From a phage: DNA of 64,000 nucleotides. The notes under the pieces are model-generated. The model ran no database searches. It worked only from the letters and a program-made list of their open reading frames with translations, and was not told the DNA's origin. Below are positions 8,089 to 18,741 of this stretch, piece after piece. A program made the position numbers and the translations under genes. The DNA lies in sequence record PZ347661.1. One strand, written 5' to 3'. Numbering within the stretch: position 1 is the first letter of the stretch; every line of letters starts with the position of its first letter.

Positions 8089-10653
8089 ATGTTAGTTGCA
8101 GATACTAATGAAGTAGCTACCTCAGCGACACTGGGTGGCAAAGAAACAATTGCCTTTGGCATCTCTGATGACCCGGCATTCTTCCATGTATTAAGTACTT
8201 CTCTGTATAACAATCCTACTCTGGCAGTAGTCCGTGAGACTATCTGTAACAGTTGGGATGCTCATATTGAAGCAGGTAAGACTAATACTCCTATTCGTAT
8301 CACCATTGATACAGACAACTTTATTACCTTCCGTGACTACGGTAACGGTATCCCAGATGAACTCATTGGTTCCATTTATGGTGTCTATGGTGCATCTACT
8401 AAGAAAGCCAACAGTAGTGTTACTGGTGGCTTTGGTCTGGGATGTAAATCCCCATTCGCTTATACGGATAGCTTCCAGGTTACTTCATGGAACCAGGGAA
8501 AGATGTCGGTATACAACGTAGCTAAGGCTGCGATTGAGAATGATGGTAAGCCAGGTATTGTTCCTATTGTTACTGGTATTCCTACTGAGGAATCTGGTCT
8601 GGAAGTTAAATTCCAGTTAGGCAAACATGATTTAAATACCTTTATTCATTACATCAAATCAATCGTGTTTAACGGTGAGATTAAAGCTGAGCTAAGTACC
8701 ACTAAACTCGTTAAAACAGAAGAGGGCATTAGTATTCAGCAAGGTGACTACACTCTACTGAATACATTGGGTATGTCATTTGAACCCGGTTCGTATGATA
8801 TGTCTGATAGCTGGTATCAGGGTTATATGGGTAACAGTAACATTTTCGTTCGTTACGGCAACGTAATGTACCCAATTGTATCCAGTCCTGCTAGTGAAGA
8901 AGCTGTAGGTCTTATTCTCAACTTTATGAATATCATTGGTGCTTCTAATTTAGTAGTTCAAGCTGCACCAGATACTCTGGCTATTGCTCCTAGTCGAGAA
9001 ACTCTGTCTAACCAGAAGTTAACCGACGATGGTATTACTACTCTATGTGTAGATTTAGTAGACCGTATGGAGAAAGAGATTAAGGCTAAAATTCCTGAAG
9101 CTATTAAGCAGGTTGAAGAATTCGCCTCTAAATCCTCTACTCGCTTTTGGGAATATCCTTCTTTCCTGTCTGCTGTTACAAACCCAATTGTTCAACGTTA
9201 TATGTCTTCTAGTTTGTGGGCTAAGCAACGTAAGCATCACATCAAGCACTGGCGTAACCTATCCAATAAAGCATTACTAGCTCGTCCTGAATATGCAGGT
9301 CTTAAGAAGCTGTATGGTAAAGCTATACGTGCTCTTAAGCATACGCGTACAGACAGCACCTATTTATTCCAGGATTTAGTATACCGTCACCTACACTTAC
9401 CCCAACTTGCTGCTCTAAAGGCTACTGGTATTAAGTGGTCTGGTTACATAGTGAACCAGGGTAGCTGTGTTGACTTAGTAAAAGGTAAGCTTACTGATTA
9501 CTTTAAGATGACTCATCTTAGTCATTTAGGTATCGGCATATTCACTACCAAGAACGTTGTAGTTACCCGACGTTTATCTGATTGTGCAGACTCTTTCTCA
9601 TACTTCCCTGAGTACAACCGAGGTGACTTGGAGCGTACAGCTTTTGTTCATGTCGTTGGTCCTAAGAAGGGTGCAGCAGAGGAAGCTGTAGCTAAGTTTA
9701 CTGTTATGGGTTATCGGGTAATTGACCTTACTCAATATAATGAGTGGGACAAACCAACTAACTTCCGTAGAGAACAAGCTAAGATGGCTGCTGAAAAACG
9801 GGCTAAGACAATAGCTGCCAATAAAACCAAAGCAGGAGGTAAAACCAATGCTCTGATTTCATTGAATGCAGTTCTTGATACTACCCGGGTACGGAATAAA
9901 AATGGTGATTGGGAACCCAAGCCCTATATCCAGAAGGAATTTGCTGACCCAAGTCGCCATGAGAAGTACGGTTTCGTTGAAGTGGAGCAACCTAAGTACT
10001 ACGTACTAGCCAATCAGGTTGGTTCAGGTAGCCCAGTAACAGCCAGTATTGGAACCATGTGGAAATGGTATGAGTTGTCCGATGAGATGAAAGCAGAGAC
10101 TGTTGTCTGCCGTAATCAAATCGAAGCTAACAAGGCCAAGCGACGTGGTGCTATCCACATTGATGATGTTCGCTTTATGGAACTGATGCCCGTAATTACT
10201 AGTAAAGGCTTCAAGAAGTATGTTACTGAACATCGCATCGGTATTCTGGAATACGTAGGACTGGATGACAGGGAATACTGGGAAATTCTAGACATACTGG
10301 GTCTAACCTTCAAACCATTACAGAATCTGATTTTTAAACCAGAGTATGAGTGGGCATATGACTTTCTACGGAATCGACCACATGACAACAAAGAAAAACT
10401 TGTTGAAATGGGTTGTATTAAGTCAGTGAGTGACTTAGAACCATATACAAAACTGGTTAATCCCCGTAATCATAAGTACTTTAAAATACTTAATGATTAC
10501 AAAGAATTATTCAGTTATAGCTGGGCTAAAAATGACATCCTACAGACGCTGGACTTAGGTAGTTTGGTCAAACACCTTAAGAAGAATCCAGAGGATATTC
10601 CTGGGTTTAAGTCCCTCTACCGTAATCGTCTAAATAAACTGAAAGGTAACTAA
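8089..10653 (+). CDS. rIIA: rIIA-like protein (GHKL-type ATPase N-domain)
   Basis: N-terminal Bergerat-fold motifs ETICNSWDA, RDYGNGIP and GGFGLGCKSPF; 854 aa; followed by rIIB-sized partner. Confidence 0.6.
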   Translation: MLVADTNEVATSATLGGKETIAFGISDDPAFFHVLSTSLYNNPTLAVVRETICNSWDAHIEAGKTNTPIRITIDTDNFITFRDYGNGIPDELIGSIYGVYGASTKKANSSVTGGFGLGCKSPFAYTDSFQVTSWNQGKMSVYNVAKAAIENDGKPGIVPIVTGIPTEESGLEVKFQLGKHDLNTFIHYIKSIVFNGEIKAELSTTKLVKTEEGISIQQGDYTLLNTLGMSFEPGSYDMSDSWYQGYMGNSNIFVRYGNVMYPIVSSPASEEAVGLILNFMNIIGASNLVVQAAPDTLAIAPSRETLSNQKLTDDGITTLCVDLVDRMEKEIKAKIPEAIKQVEEFASKSSTRFWEYPSFLSAVTNPIVQRYMSSSLWAKQRKHHIKHWRNLSNKALLARPEYAGLKKLYGKAIRALKHTRTDSTYLFQDLVYRHLHLPQLAALKATGIKWSGYIVNQGSCVDLVKGKLTDYFKMTHLSHLGIGIFTTKNVVVTRRLSDCADSFSYFPEYNRGDLERTAFVHVVGPKKGAAEEAVAKFTVMGYRVIDLTQYNEWDKPTNFRREQAKMAAEKRAKTIAANKTKAGGKTNALISLNAVLDTTRVRNKNGDWEPKPYIQKEFADPSRHEKYGFVEVEQPKYYVLANQVGSGSPVTASIGTMWKWYELSDEMKAETVVCRNQIEANKAKRRGAIHIDDVRFMELMPVITSKGFKKYVTEHRIGILEYVGLDDREYWEILDILGLTFKPLQNLIFKPEYEWAYDFLRNRPHDNKEKLVEMGCIKSVSDLEPYTKLVNPRNHKYFKILNDYKELFSYSWAKNDILQTLDLGSLVKHLKKNPEDIPGFKSLYRNRLNKLKGN

Positions 10654-10657
10654 TCTG

Positions 10658-12694
10658 ATGAAAATCGAACTGATTTCTATCATCGCACTGGCAGTTGACA
10701 GTCGTAACCTTACACTGTGGAAGCCCGATGGCTCCACGCTTATATATCCTCAGAGCGATCCACGGGTTGCTCGTATTGTATCTGAAGCACAAACCAAAGG
10801 TCTGGGAACTACCAAAGACCAAATAGAAGTGAATATTGCACCAGAAGTAAACCTGCGTACTGAATATCTGGAAGCAGAGAAGAACACTAATGGATTCGTC
10901 CGTTTCTTCAAGGTAGCTAAAGCTAAACTTATGGAGTTCTTTCAGGATGGTACAGGTGTTCCTCCTGCACGTATCGTCTCAGATATTAAGCTGGGTAACC
11001 CTACTAAGACGTTGGTATCTAAAGCCATGGATACCTTCCTGGCTGTACAAGCTAATGAACCAGAAGTAACTGTAACAGATGGTTTCTACGACAGACGAGA
11101 CAACCTGATGTGGGTTACTGGCTGGGATAAGGACCATAACCATCCTGCACTGGTTCGTTTTATCAATGACGTACTGCGTTGTGGTTATGACCATACCAAC
11201 CGTACTCTTGCACAGGAATGGCCTATTGCAATTCGTGCAGTATCCGATGATGAAATGGGTGAGTTTGCTAAACAAGCTCAGCACATCAAAGGAGTACACA
11301 TTGTATTTACCAGTCGTGATGTAACGCCATTTCCTTACGTAGAAGTAGTTAAAACTACGAACCAGGATAAGCTGGCTGCCGCTTCTGAGAAGCTGGCTGC
11401 ATTGGGGGCTATTAGTACTGATGATGCTAACTTCCACACTGATGTGAAGGAAGATGAAGTGGTTGTTGCTGTTACCAACAATGGGGTTATCCCTGGAGTT
11501 GAGAACCTGCATCGTCACTTGCGTCAATCTGCTCAGCTGAAAGACTACAAGGGCTTTACTAAGTTCCTTGAGCGTCTGGCTCCGGTTATTAAAGACCGTC
11601 TGCACTCAGTAGAAGACCTGATGAAGTTCATGGAGACTGCTGAACTGCCTATTGCCGATGATGGTTCAATCCTGTTCCTCAAACGCCTTAAGTCTAGTGG
11701 TATAGAAAACGGTAAACGTGTATTCGTTGACTGTCACTCAGGTAACATTCGTCAATGGGTAGGCTGTAAAGTGCAGGTACGTGAAGACCTGGTAGACCCT
11801 GACCGTCGTCAGGATTGTTCTAACGGTCTGCACGTAGCATCCATGAGCTATCTACGTGGCTTCGGTGGTAACGTAACTATCCTTGGTAAAGTAGCACCGG
11901 AAGATGTATTTGCTGTTCCTGAGTACAGCACTAATAAGATGCGTGTATCTGCATATCATATTATTGCTGAGCTACCCGAAGAGGAACGTAATAACGTTAA
12001 CAACGGTATCTATCTTTCTAAAACTGAAGTAGGTAAAAAGCTACTTAATGATGCCATCGTTGGGAACCATAGTTCACCTACCACACTTATTATGGTTGGT
12101 GGTCATTATGGTACTAACCTCAAATACACCAATCTATCTTCTGGTTCCGTAGAACAATTCCGTACAGTTGCTAGTAAAGAAGCACTGAATATGGAAGAGT
12201 CACTGAATGAAGCTGTAGCTGCTGAACCAGTGAAAGCTACTGACCTTAAACCTATTAGTAAGAAGGCTCCTACTGTGAAAGAACAAATCCAGGAACTGGT
12301 TAAAGAGTTCCTTAATGCAACAACCCCTGAAGATAAGTTAGCTGCTGCTGACCTTCTGGTAGAACTGCGTGGTAAAGCTCGTAAGCCCTGGGGTGCATTC
12401 GACGTAGGTAGTGATGTAGTAGACGCTATTGCTACTATCCGTAGTACTCGCATTCCTGCACCAAAAGCTAAACCGGTGAAGGTAAGCAAACCTATTAAAA
12501 CTGCCCCTAAACCAATTAATGGAACACACGCTGATAATCTGCGTAGCATCCTGAACGATACGACGTACTCCGACTATCAGAAAGGCCATGCTCTGCAAGA
12601 CTATAAGCGTCATGCTAAGAAGTCATTCACTGCAATGGGTTTGACTGAAGAAGAAGCTAAATTAGCTACCAAACTGGTCAAAGCTGTTAAGTAA
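10658..12694 (+). CDS. rIIB: rIIB-like protein (putative)
   Basis: 678-aa ORF immediately downstream of the rIIA-like gene; assignment by synteny only. Confidence 0.45.
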   Translation: MKIELISIIALAVDSRNLTLWKPDGSTLIYPQSDPRVARIVSEAQTKGLGTTKDQIEVNIAPEVNLRTEYLEAEKNTNGFVRFFKVAKAKLMEFFQDGTGVPPARIVSDIKLGNPTKTLVSKAMDTFLAVQANEPEVTVTDGFYDRRDNLMWVTGWDKDHNHPALVRFINDVLRCGYDHTNRTLAQEWPIAIRAVSDDEMGEFAKQAQHIKGVHIVFTSRDVTPFPYVEVVKTTNQDKLAAASEKLAALGAISTDDANFHTDVKEDEVVVAVTNNGVIPGVENLHRHLRQSAQLKDYKGFTKFLERLAPVIKDRLHSVEDLMKFMETAELPIADDGSILFLKRLKSSGIENGKRVFVDCHSGNIRQWVGCKVQVREDLVDPDRRQDCSNGLHVASMSYLRGFGGNVTILGKVAPEDVFAVPEYSTNKMRVSAYHIIAELPEEERNNVNNGIYLSKTEVGKKLLNDAIVGNHSSPTTLIMVGGHYGTNLKYTNLSSGSVEQFRTVASKEALNMEESLNEAVAAEPVKATDLKPISKKAPTVKEQIQELVKEFLNATTPEDKLAAADLLVELRGKARKPWGAFDVGSDVVDAIATIRSTRIPAPKAKPVKVSKPIKTAPKPINGTHADNLRSILNDTTYSDYQKGHALQDYKRHAKKSFTAMGLTEEEAKLATKLVKAVK

Positions 12695-12706
12695 TAGCCT
12701 GTTCAA

Positions 12707-12740
12707 ATAGCCTCACTTATAATAAAGTGAGGCTATCTTT
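12707..12740 (+). terminator. stem-loop terminator candidate
   Basis: 12-bp stem ATAGCCTCACTT / AAGTGAGGCTAT with 6-nt loop, then CTTT. Confidence 0.5.
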
Positions 12741-12756
12741 GAAGAGGAAATAAGCT

Positions 12757-13152
12757 ATGTCTAAAGTATTCAGAAGTAATCGCAAAGCAACTGATGAAGA
12801 CATCATTCGTATGAATGCTGTTGGTCTATCCCTCGCAACTATCGCTAAGACGTTGGGGGTTCACCCCACTACGGTTACTTTGCGATTGCGTTCTCTAAAC
12901 ATTGAACCAGCCGACACACGTCGGACGTTCATGGAAAACGTATTACGACCTTTACCAACCCATGTGGCTGATTGGCTATCGGAACAAGTTGGTCCTGCTT
13001 ATGAGATTCGCTCATATGTAAGAGACTTGATTCTGGAGGCATATAATAATCGCCACCTTAACCAAGAGAGTGAGCATGACAAGTTCATCCGTTTGTACGC
13101 TGGCAAATACGGAAGCCTGGTTCCGGAAAGCAGTACCAAATCCAACGAGTAA
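12757..13152 (+). CDS. helix-turn-helix DNA-binding protein
   Basis: HTH-like segment DEDIIRMNAVGLSLATIAKTLGVHPTTVTLRL. Confidence 0.45.
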   Translation: MSKVFRSNRKATDEDIIRMNAVGLSLATIAKTLGVHPTTVTLRLRSLNIEPADTRRTFMENVLRPLPTHVADWLSEQVGPAYEIRSYVRDLILEAYNNRHLNQESEHDKFIRLYAGKYGSLVPESSTKSNE

Positions 13153-13537
13153 GAACATTAGTACCCAGATTGGCTGCCATCTGGAAGAAGTATGTGAAAT
13201 GTTAGATGAGTTAACCCCATCCTGCGAGGATAGTATGCAAGTGTTAGCCGATGCACAGGCTGCTTTGGGTAAATTATCTCTGCTAATGAAATCAAACCAC
13301 ATGGCTATCTTCCCAGCGAATAGCAATCGCTTAGCTTTGCTGGATTCACTGGCAGACCAGATTGTTACAGCAACTGGCGTCGGTACTTTCCTTGGGATGA
13401 ATGTCTCTGGAGCATTGGCTGAAGTCAATCGCTCAAACTATTCTAAGTTTGAAGATGGAGAACCTGTCTTCAATGAGAACATGAAAGTTATGAAAGGGAA
13501 AGACTACACTCCCCCAGATTTAACGCCATATATCTGA
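13070..13537 (+). CDS. MazG-like nucleotide pyrophosphohydrolase (putative)
   Basis: Acidic EExxE-type motif HLEEVCEMLDEL and later LAEVNRSNYSKF; start uncertain, overlaps upstream gene in another frame. Confidence 0.35.
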   Translation: MSMTSSSVCTLANTEAWFRKAVPNPTSKNISTQIGCHLEEVCEMLDELTPSCEDSMQVLADAQAALGKLSLLMKSNHMAIFPANSNRLALLDSLADQIVTATGVGTFLGMNVSGALAEVNRSNYSKFEDGEPVFNENMKVMKGKDYTPPDLTPYI

Positions 13538-13544
13538 GGTACAT

Positions 13545-13679
13545 ATGACTGAAGATTTTCTGACATGGTTTGAAAAGACTTTTCCCGTGCATCTTTGGCC
13601 CTCTGAAGAGGAACGGGAGGAACTAAAAACCTACACCTGGCTTGCTTGGCGTGATGCCAAAAGAGTAACTACTTAAAAA
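13545..13679 (+). CDS. small hypothetical protein (44 aa)
   Basis: ATG 13545 preceded by GAGGT; ORF ends just before terminator 13681-13701; below the ORF-track size cutoff. Confidence 0.3.
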
Positions 13680-13680
13680 C

Positions 13681-13701
13681 AACCCTCTACGGAGGGTTTT
13701 T
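13681..13701 (+). terminator. rho-independent terminator
   Basis: AACCCTC-tacg-GAGGGTT followed by TTTTT. Confidence 0.7.
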
Positions 13702-13714
13702 ACTGGAGATTTTA

Positions 13715-15025
13715 ATGTTTTCCAAACCTACCAAAGCCCCGCTGAACAAGGGGCAAGAAGCGGTTGCGAAGGAGTTCTTCGACTTCCTGCTCAACCCTAA
13801 TGCTACCGAATTCAATATTAGTGGCCCAGGGGGAACTGGCAAGACATTCCTGATGTCGCACCTCATTGATGACACAATGCCTGCATATATGGAAACTTGC
13901 TCCCTTATGGGAACCAAGTCTCTGTATAACGAAGTTGTTATGACTGCGACCACGAACAAAGCTGCTGAAGTTCTGGCTCAGGCTACTGGACGTCCTACAT
14001 CTACTTATCATTCCTTCCAGGGATTGATTGTTAAGAATGACTTTAAGACTGGTGAGGCTAATGTCGTACCATCTAAATCATTCAATATTAAGAAGAACAA
14101 AATCATCTTCGTAGATGAAGCATCCATGATTGACCGTCAGTTACTTAAGTATGCCCGTGAAGGTACTCACCAGTGCAAACTGGTATTTGTAGGAGATGCT
14201 TCCCAGCTTCTGCCTGTTAAAGAGAATAAGTCTCCAGTGTATGCAGGTAATATCCCAACACACTATCTGACTGAACAGATGCGTACCGATGTACCGGAAC
14301 TCAAAGCATTGAACCAGCAATTGCGTGATACGGTAGAAGGTAAGACAGGCTTCCTGCCTATTAAGTGTATTCCAGGCATCATTGATTGGGTACAGGGGGA
14401 AGAGATGGAGAAACTGGTTCTCAGTCACTTCACTCAACCTACTAATAGCCGTATTGTTGCTTACACAAATGACCAGGTTATTAATTACAATAACTACATT
14501 CGTGAAGCTAATGGCTACGTGGGTGAGTACTCCATTGGTGAACAGCTAGTCTCTAACTCTGCTATTCGCTTAGGTGTGGATAATCGTCTGTCTATCGAAC
14601 AAGACGTAAAACTCATCGACCAGGATAGCAGTACTCGCATGATTAAGGTTACAGGTGACCTGGAACTGGAAGTTCGTGATAGTACTCTGGACCTTGGTTA
14701 TGGTGGTATTGTAAGTGAAGTTCCTGTTCCTACTGACCCAGACTACTTCAACCGTTTGGTTAAGTGGTTAGGTAAAGAGAAGAACTGGGAACCTTACTTC
14801 CGTCTTAAAGAAACCATTCCAGACCTGCGTGCTACTCATGCATGTACTGTCCATAAATCACAAGGCTCTACTTACGACACAATCTTCATTGATGCAGATG
14901 ACCTCTCAAGCTGTCGCCAACCTGATATGGTTGCTCGTCTGCTTTACGTCGCTGTGTCCCGTGCGCGTAAGCGAGTAGTGTTCTATGGCAATCTTGCCAG
15001 TAAGTATGGTGGTCTAACTTTCTAA
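13715..15025 (+). CDS. SF1 DNA helicase (Dda/RecD-like)
   Basis: Walker A GPGGTGKTF, Walker B IIFVDEASMI, C-terminal motif ATHACTVHKSQGSTYD. Confidence 0.75.
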   Translation: MFSKPTKAPLNKGQEAVAKEFFDFLLNPNATEFNISGPGGTGKTFLMSHLIDDTMPAYMETCSLMGTKSLYNEVVMTATTNKAAEVLAQATGRPTSTYHSFQGLIVKNDFKTGEANVVPSKSFNIKKNKIIFVDEASMIDRQLLKYAREGTHQCKLVFVGDASQLLPVKENKSPVYAGNIPTHYLTEQMRTDVPELKALNQQLRDTVEGKTGFLPIKCIPGIIDWVQGEEMEKLVLSHFTQPTNSRIVAYTNDQVINYNNYIREANGYVGEYSIGEQLVSNSAIRLGVDNRLSIEQDVKLIDQDSSTRMIKVTGDLELEVRDSTLDLGYGGIVSEVPVPTDPDYFNRLVKWLGKEKNWEPYFRLKETIPDLRATHACTVHKSQGSTYDTIFIDADDLSSCRQPDMVARLLYVAVSRARKRVVFYGNLASKYGGLTF

Positions 15026-15035
15026 GGGAGGGTAT

Positions 15036-15566
15036 ATGCCTCAGATTGGTTCAGCGACTATTGGTCAAGTTGCCAATAGCAGTGATATAGTCAAACACCT
15101 GTTCTTAGCAGAACTGGTTCGTCTTGATAGTGTGTTAAACGGTATCATTGATAAGAACGACCGTATCAATGGTATTGATGTATCGGCTGGATTCCTTTAT
15201 CAAGGGGAATTCTATCAGCGTTCTAATGCTGCCAGACCCCCAACCTACGGTGAGCGATTAACACTTAATCCAGAACTATGGCCTGCAATGGACAAGTATC
15301 TGAAAGCCTCCAGTCGCTTGATTATGGAAGTACACCTTGTGAACCAGACAGTATATCGTCTGGTTCGTGGTTGTATGTCTTATCAGGATGTACGTGATGC
15401 TTTACCTGAGTGCCTGGTAGCCCAGGACCAGACTGGTAAGTACAAGGAACTGCCACGTACTCGTGAAGCAGCCTGGACACTTGCTGGTGATCCTATGGCA
15501 ATAAAACAGTATGAGAAGATTCTTCCCTCTATTGAGTATTATGCAGCTTCCCATCTGATTTTCTAA
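15036..15566 (+). CDS. hypothetical protein
   Basis: 176-aa ORF between helicase and DNA polymerase. Confidence 0.45.
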   Translation: MPQIGSATIGQVANSSDIVKHLFLAELVRLDSVLNGIIDKNDRINGIDVSAGFLYQGEFYQRSNAARPPTYGERLTLNPELWPAMDKYLKASSRLIMEVHLVNQTVYRLVRGCMSYQDVRDALPECLVAQDQTGKYKELPRTREAAWTLAGDPMAIKQYEKILPSIEYYAASHLIF

Positions 15567-15575
15567 GGTAAAGCT

Positions 15576-18155
15576 ATGCGTTACATCACCTCTCAAGATA
15601 CGGGTAAGTATCCCATTGCTATCCTCGGTCATCAAATCCGAAGGGAGGAGATGATTAAAACCTACCTGCTGCCTAATGACTTAAGCATGGAAGATTTCAT
15701 CTTCATTGAGCTTCATTCTGCCCCAGGCAAGAAGAAGACTCCTGCAAGGGAAATTAAAGAGTTCATACAGCAGGAACTTCAACAAGTACTGGATGATGCA
15801 GAAACTCAATACATAATCTGTACCGATTCTGATTACTTCAAAATACTGACTAAAGAAGCTAAAGCAGAGGCTAACCTCGGCTATGTTTGTGACTCAATAT
15901 GGGGTAAGCAGAAGGTTATCTATGCACCTAGCTACAGGCAGGTCTTTTATGATCCTCCTGTAGTGAAATCCAAGATTGCTCAGGGTATGGATGCATTACT
16001 TAACCACATCCGTGGGCAGTATGCCGAACCAGGTCAGGGAATCATTGAGTTTGAAGCCTATCCAGATACACCAGAGAAGATTAAAGCCTGGTTAGACCAG
16101 TTGCTTGAGATGAATAAGCCACTGGCTATAGACATTGAAACATTCGGTTTAAAGCACTATAACGCCGAGGTAGGAACAATTACATTCTGTTGGAGTAAGA
16201 CACAAGGCATAGCCTTTAATGTGGACTACGAGCCGATTCCTGGGGCTACTGAAGCACCTTACGGGCGTATCAACAGAAATGATATTGTTCGAAATCTTCT
16301 CCGTGAGTTCTTCATTAAGTACACCCAACGGCAGATGTATCACAACATTAGCTATGACGTGTATGTGCTTATCTATCAGTTATTCATGGATAACCTGATT
16401 GATACAGAAGGCTTACTACATGGCATGGAAATCATGCTACGTAACTGGGATTGCACTAAGTTAATTACCTACCTGGCTACTAACAGTTGTGCCGGTAATC
16501 ACCTTAGTCTGAAAGATCAGGCTCAGGAGTATGCTGGTAACTATGCTCAGGATGATATTAAAGACATCTGTCTTATTCCTAATGAGCAGCTGTTACGCTA
16601 CAACCTCATTGACGGTTTGTGTACGTGGTACACCTATGAGAAGCACTGGGATACTCTCATTGCTGATAACCAATTGGATGTTTACAACAACATCTTTAAG
16701 CCAGCTTGTGAAGATATTATCCAGATGCAGTTAACCGGTATGCCCATGAATATGGATACCGTTAACCAAGTAGCTAAGGAGATGGAAACTGACAGGAACC
16801 AGGCTCTGAAAACTATTCGTGAGTCTAAGCTCATGAAGAACTTCACACTGATGCTTCGTCAGGAATGGGTAGACGATAAGAATGCTAAGCTGAAGAAGAA
16901 GCAAGTAACACTTGCTGACTGTGACATCGAGTTTAATCCAAACTCCGGTCCACAGCTACAGAAGCTGTTATTTGACTATATTGGCTTACCGGTTCTTGGT
17001 CTTACTAAGAGCAAGCAACCTGCTACTGATGGTGACACTATTAAAGCACTGCGTACCCATACGCAGAGTGAAGATGTTAAGGAACTGCTCAATGCACTTA
17101 TCGACTATAAGCTCGTGGATAAGATTATCACTAGCTTTATACCAGCTTTCAGGAATGCCCAACCGGGACCGGATGGCTGGCACTACCTATTCGGTAACCT
17201 CAATCTGGGAGGCACAGTCTCCGGTAGGCTATCGGCTTCAGAGCCAAATCTACAAACAATTCCATCCGGCTCTAAATATGCCAAGAAGATTAAGAAATGC
17301 TTCGAAGCTCCTCCAGGCTGGATATTTTGCGGCTTGGATTTCGCCTCGCTGGAAGACAGAATCTCTGCACTGACTACTAAAGACCCACAAAAGCTCAAGG
17401 TATATACCGACGGCTATGATGGTCACAGTCTACGTGCATATGCTTACTTCGGCGAGCAGATGCCAGACATAGAAGACACAGTAGAATCCATTAACTCCAT
17501 TCAGCATAAGTACAAATCATTACGTAGTGATTCGAAGGCTCCAACCTTCCTGCTTACCTATGGTGGTACTTATATGGGCTTAATGAAAAACTGTGGCTTC
17601 TCTGAAGAGAAGGCTAAAACTACAGAGAAACGTTATCACGATCTCTATGTAGTTAGTGACAGGTGGGTTCAGGCTAAGCTGGACGAAGCTGCCAAAACTG
17701 GCTATGTTACTGCCGCATTCGGTTTGAGAGTGCGTACTCCTTTACTGGCTCAGGTTTTACGTGGGACATGTAAGACTCCGTATGAAGCAGAAGCAGAAGG
17801 CAGAACTGCTGGTAATGCTTTAGGGCAAAGCTGGTGTCTACTGAATAACCGTGCTGGTTCAGAATTTATGCGTAAAGTCAGAGCCAGTGAGTTCAGATTA
17901 GATATTCGTCCTAGTATTCATATTCATGATGCTCAGTACTTCATGATTCGTGACAACATGGATACCTTGCAGTTTACGAACAAGCACTTGGTTGAAGCTG
18001 TTAACTGGCAAGACCATCCTGATATTGCTCATCCAGAAGTTGGCTTGGGTGGGGAACTATCCTTGTTTTACCCAACGTGGGCTAACGAGATTGAAATTCC
18101 AAATCACGCTACCCCAGAAGAAGTTCATCAAATAATTCAAAAGGCATTCGCATGA
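15576..18155 (+). CDS. family A DNA polymerase with 3'-5' exonuclease domain
   Basis: Exo motif LAIDIETFGL; polymerase motifs GLDFASLEDRISA, RSDSKAPTFLLTYGGTYMGL and IHIHDAQYF; 859 aa. Confidence 0.85.
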   Translation: MRYITSQDTGKYPIAILGHQIRREEMIKTYLLPNDLSMEDFIFIELHSAPGKKKTPAREIKEFIQQELQQVLDDAETQYIICTDSDYFKILTKEAKAEANLGYVCDSIWGKQKVIYAPSYRQVFYDPPVVKSKIAQGMDALLNHIRGQYAEPGQGIIEFEAYPDTPEKIKAWLDQLLEMNKPLAIDIETFGLKHYNAEVGTITFCWSKTQGIAFNVDYEPIPGATEAPYGRINRNDIVRNLLREFFIKYTQRQMYHNISYDVYVLIYQLFMDNLIDTEGLLHGMEIMLRNWDCTKLITYLATNSCAGNHLSLKDQAQEYAGNYAQDDIKDICLIPNEQLLRYNLIDGLCTWYTYEKHWDTLIADNQLDVYNNIFKPACEDIIQMQLTGMPMNMDTVNQVAKEMETDRNQALKTIRESKLMKNFTLMLRQEWVDDKNAKLKKKQVTLADCDIEFNPNSGPQLQKLLFDYIGLPVLGLTKSKQPATDGDTIKALRTHTQSEDVKELLNALIDYKLVDKIITSFIPAFRNAQPGPDGWHYLFGNLNLGGTVSGRLSASEPNLQTIPSGSKYAKKIKKCFEAPPGWIFCGLDFASLEDRISALTTKDPQKLKVYTDGYDGHSLRAYAYFGEQMPDIEDTVESINSIQHKYKSLRSDSKAPTFLLTYGGTYMGLMKNCGFSEEKAKTTEKRYHDLYVVSDRWVQAKLDEAAKTGYVTAAFGLRVRTPLLAQVLRGTCKTPYEAEAEGRTAGNALGQSWCLLNNRAGSEFMRKVRASEFRLDIRPSIHIHDAQYFMIRDNMDTLQFTNKHLVEAVNWQDHPDIAHPEVGLGGELSLFYPTWANEIEIPNHATPEEVHQIIQKAFA

Positions 18156-18457
18156 CCAAAAGTACTAAAGAAACTGTAGTCAGAAAATATCATTGGATGG
18201 TGGCAGCACAAGTAGTCTTCCAGCTTCCTAAAGTGGATGATGGTTCCCTGCTTACCATGAACACAATGTTGCTCACTGATGAACCTTATGTGACCTATAA
18301 AGATTTGGCCCGTGCCAATCATTCCCTGAAGATTAGTCTGGACCAGCGTTTCGACACTTCGGTTGACCTGAAAGACATTGTTTATCTGTCTCTTAGTAAC
18401 CTGGGTCTGATGTCTGAACCAGAGTTCCAGGCAAACATGATTCCAAAGGATAAATAA
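18152..18457 (+). CDS. hypothetical protein
   Basis: 101-aa ORF with ATGA overlap to polymerase stop. Confidence 0.4.
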   Translation: MTKSTKETVVRKYHWMVAAQVVFQLPKVDDGSLLTMNTMLLTDEPYVTYKDLARANHSLKISLDQRFDTSVDLKDIVYLSLSNLGLMSEPEFQANMIPKDK

Positions 18458-18741
18458 TGACTAAGCTCTCCGGTGGATTGAATAACTGGTATGTAGTACC
18501 AGTTAAGCACCCTCAACGGAAAGAGCAAGAGCCATACCAAGCAGAGTGTGAGGATATTATCCAAGCACTGGGCATGACCTTCGATGAAGGTTGTGCCTTT
18601 AAAGCTCTGTGGCGAAATGCTGCTGCCCGTATGGGTAATGGTAAACCTGGAAACTCTTCAGTGTACGACTCAGAGAAGATTGTGCACTATGCCAACCGTA
18701 TATTAAAAAAGGCTTACAATGAAGATAACCAACAATCATGA
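18457..18741 (+). CDS. hypothetical protein
   Basis: 94-aa ORF. Confidence 0.4.
   Translation: MTKLSGGLNNWYVVPVKHPQRKEQEPYQAECEDIIQALGMTFDEGCAFKALWRNAAARMGNGKPGNSSVYDSEKIVHYANRILKKAYNEDNQQS

Noticed and set aside
10979-12613. Minus-strand ORFs of 147-208 aa inside the rIIB-like gene
   Set aside because: They are antisense shadow ORFs inside a long + strand gene within a uniformly + strand block.
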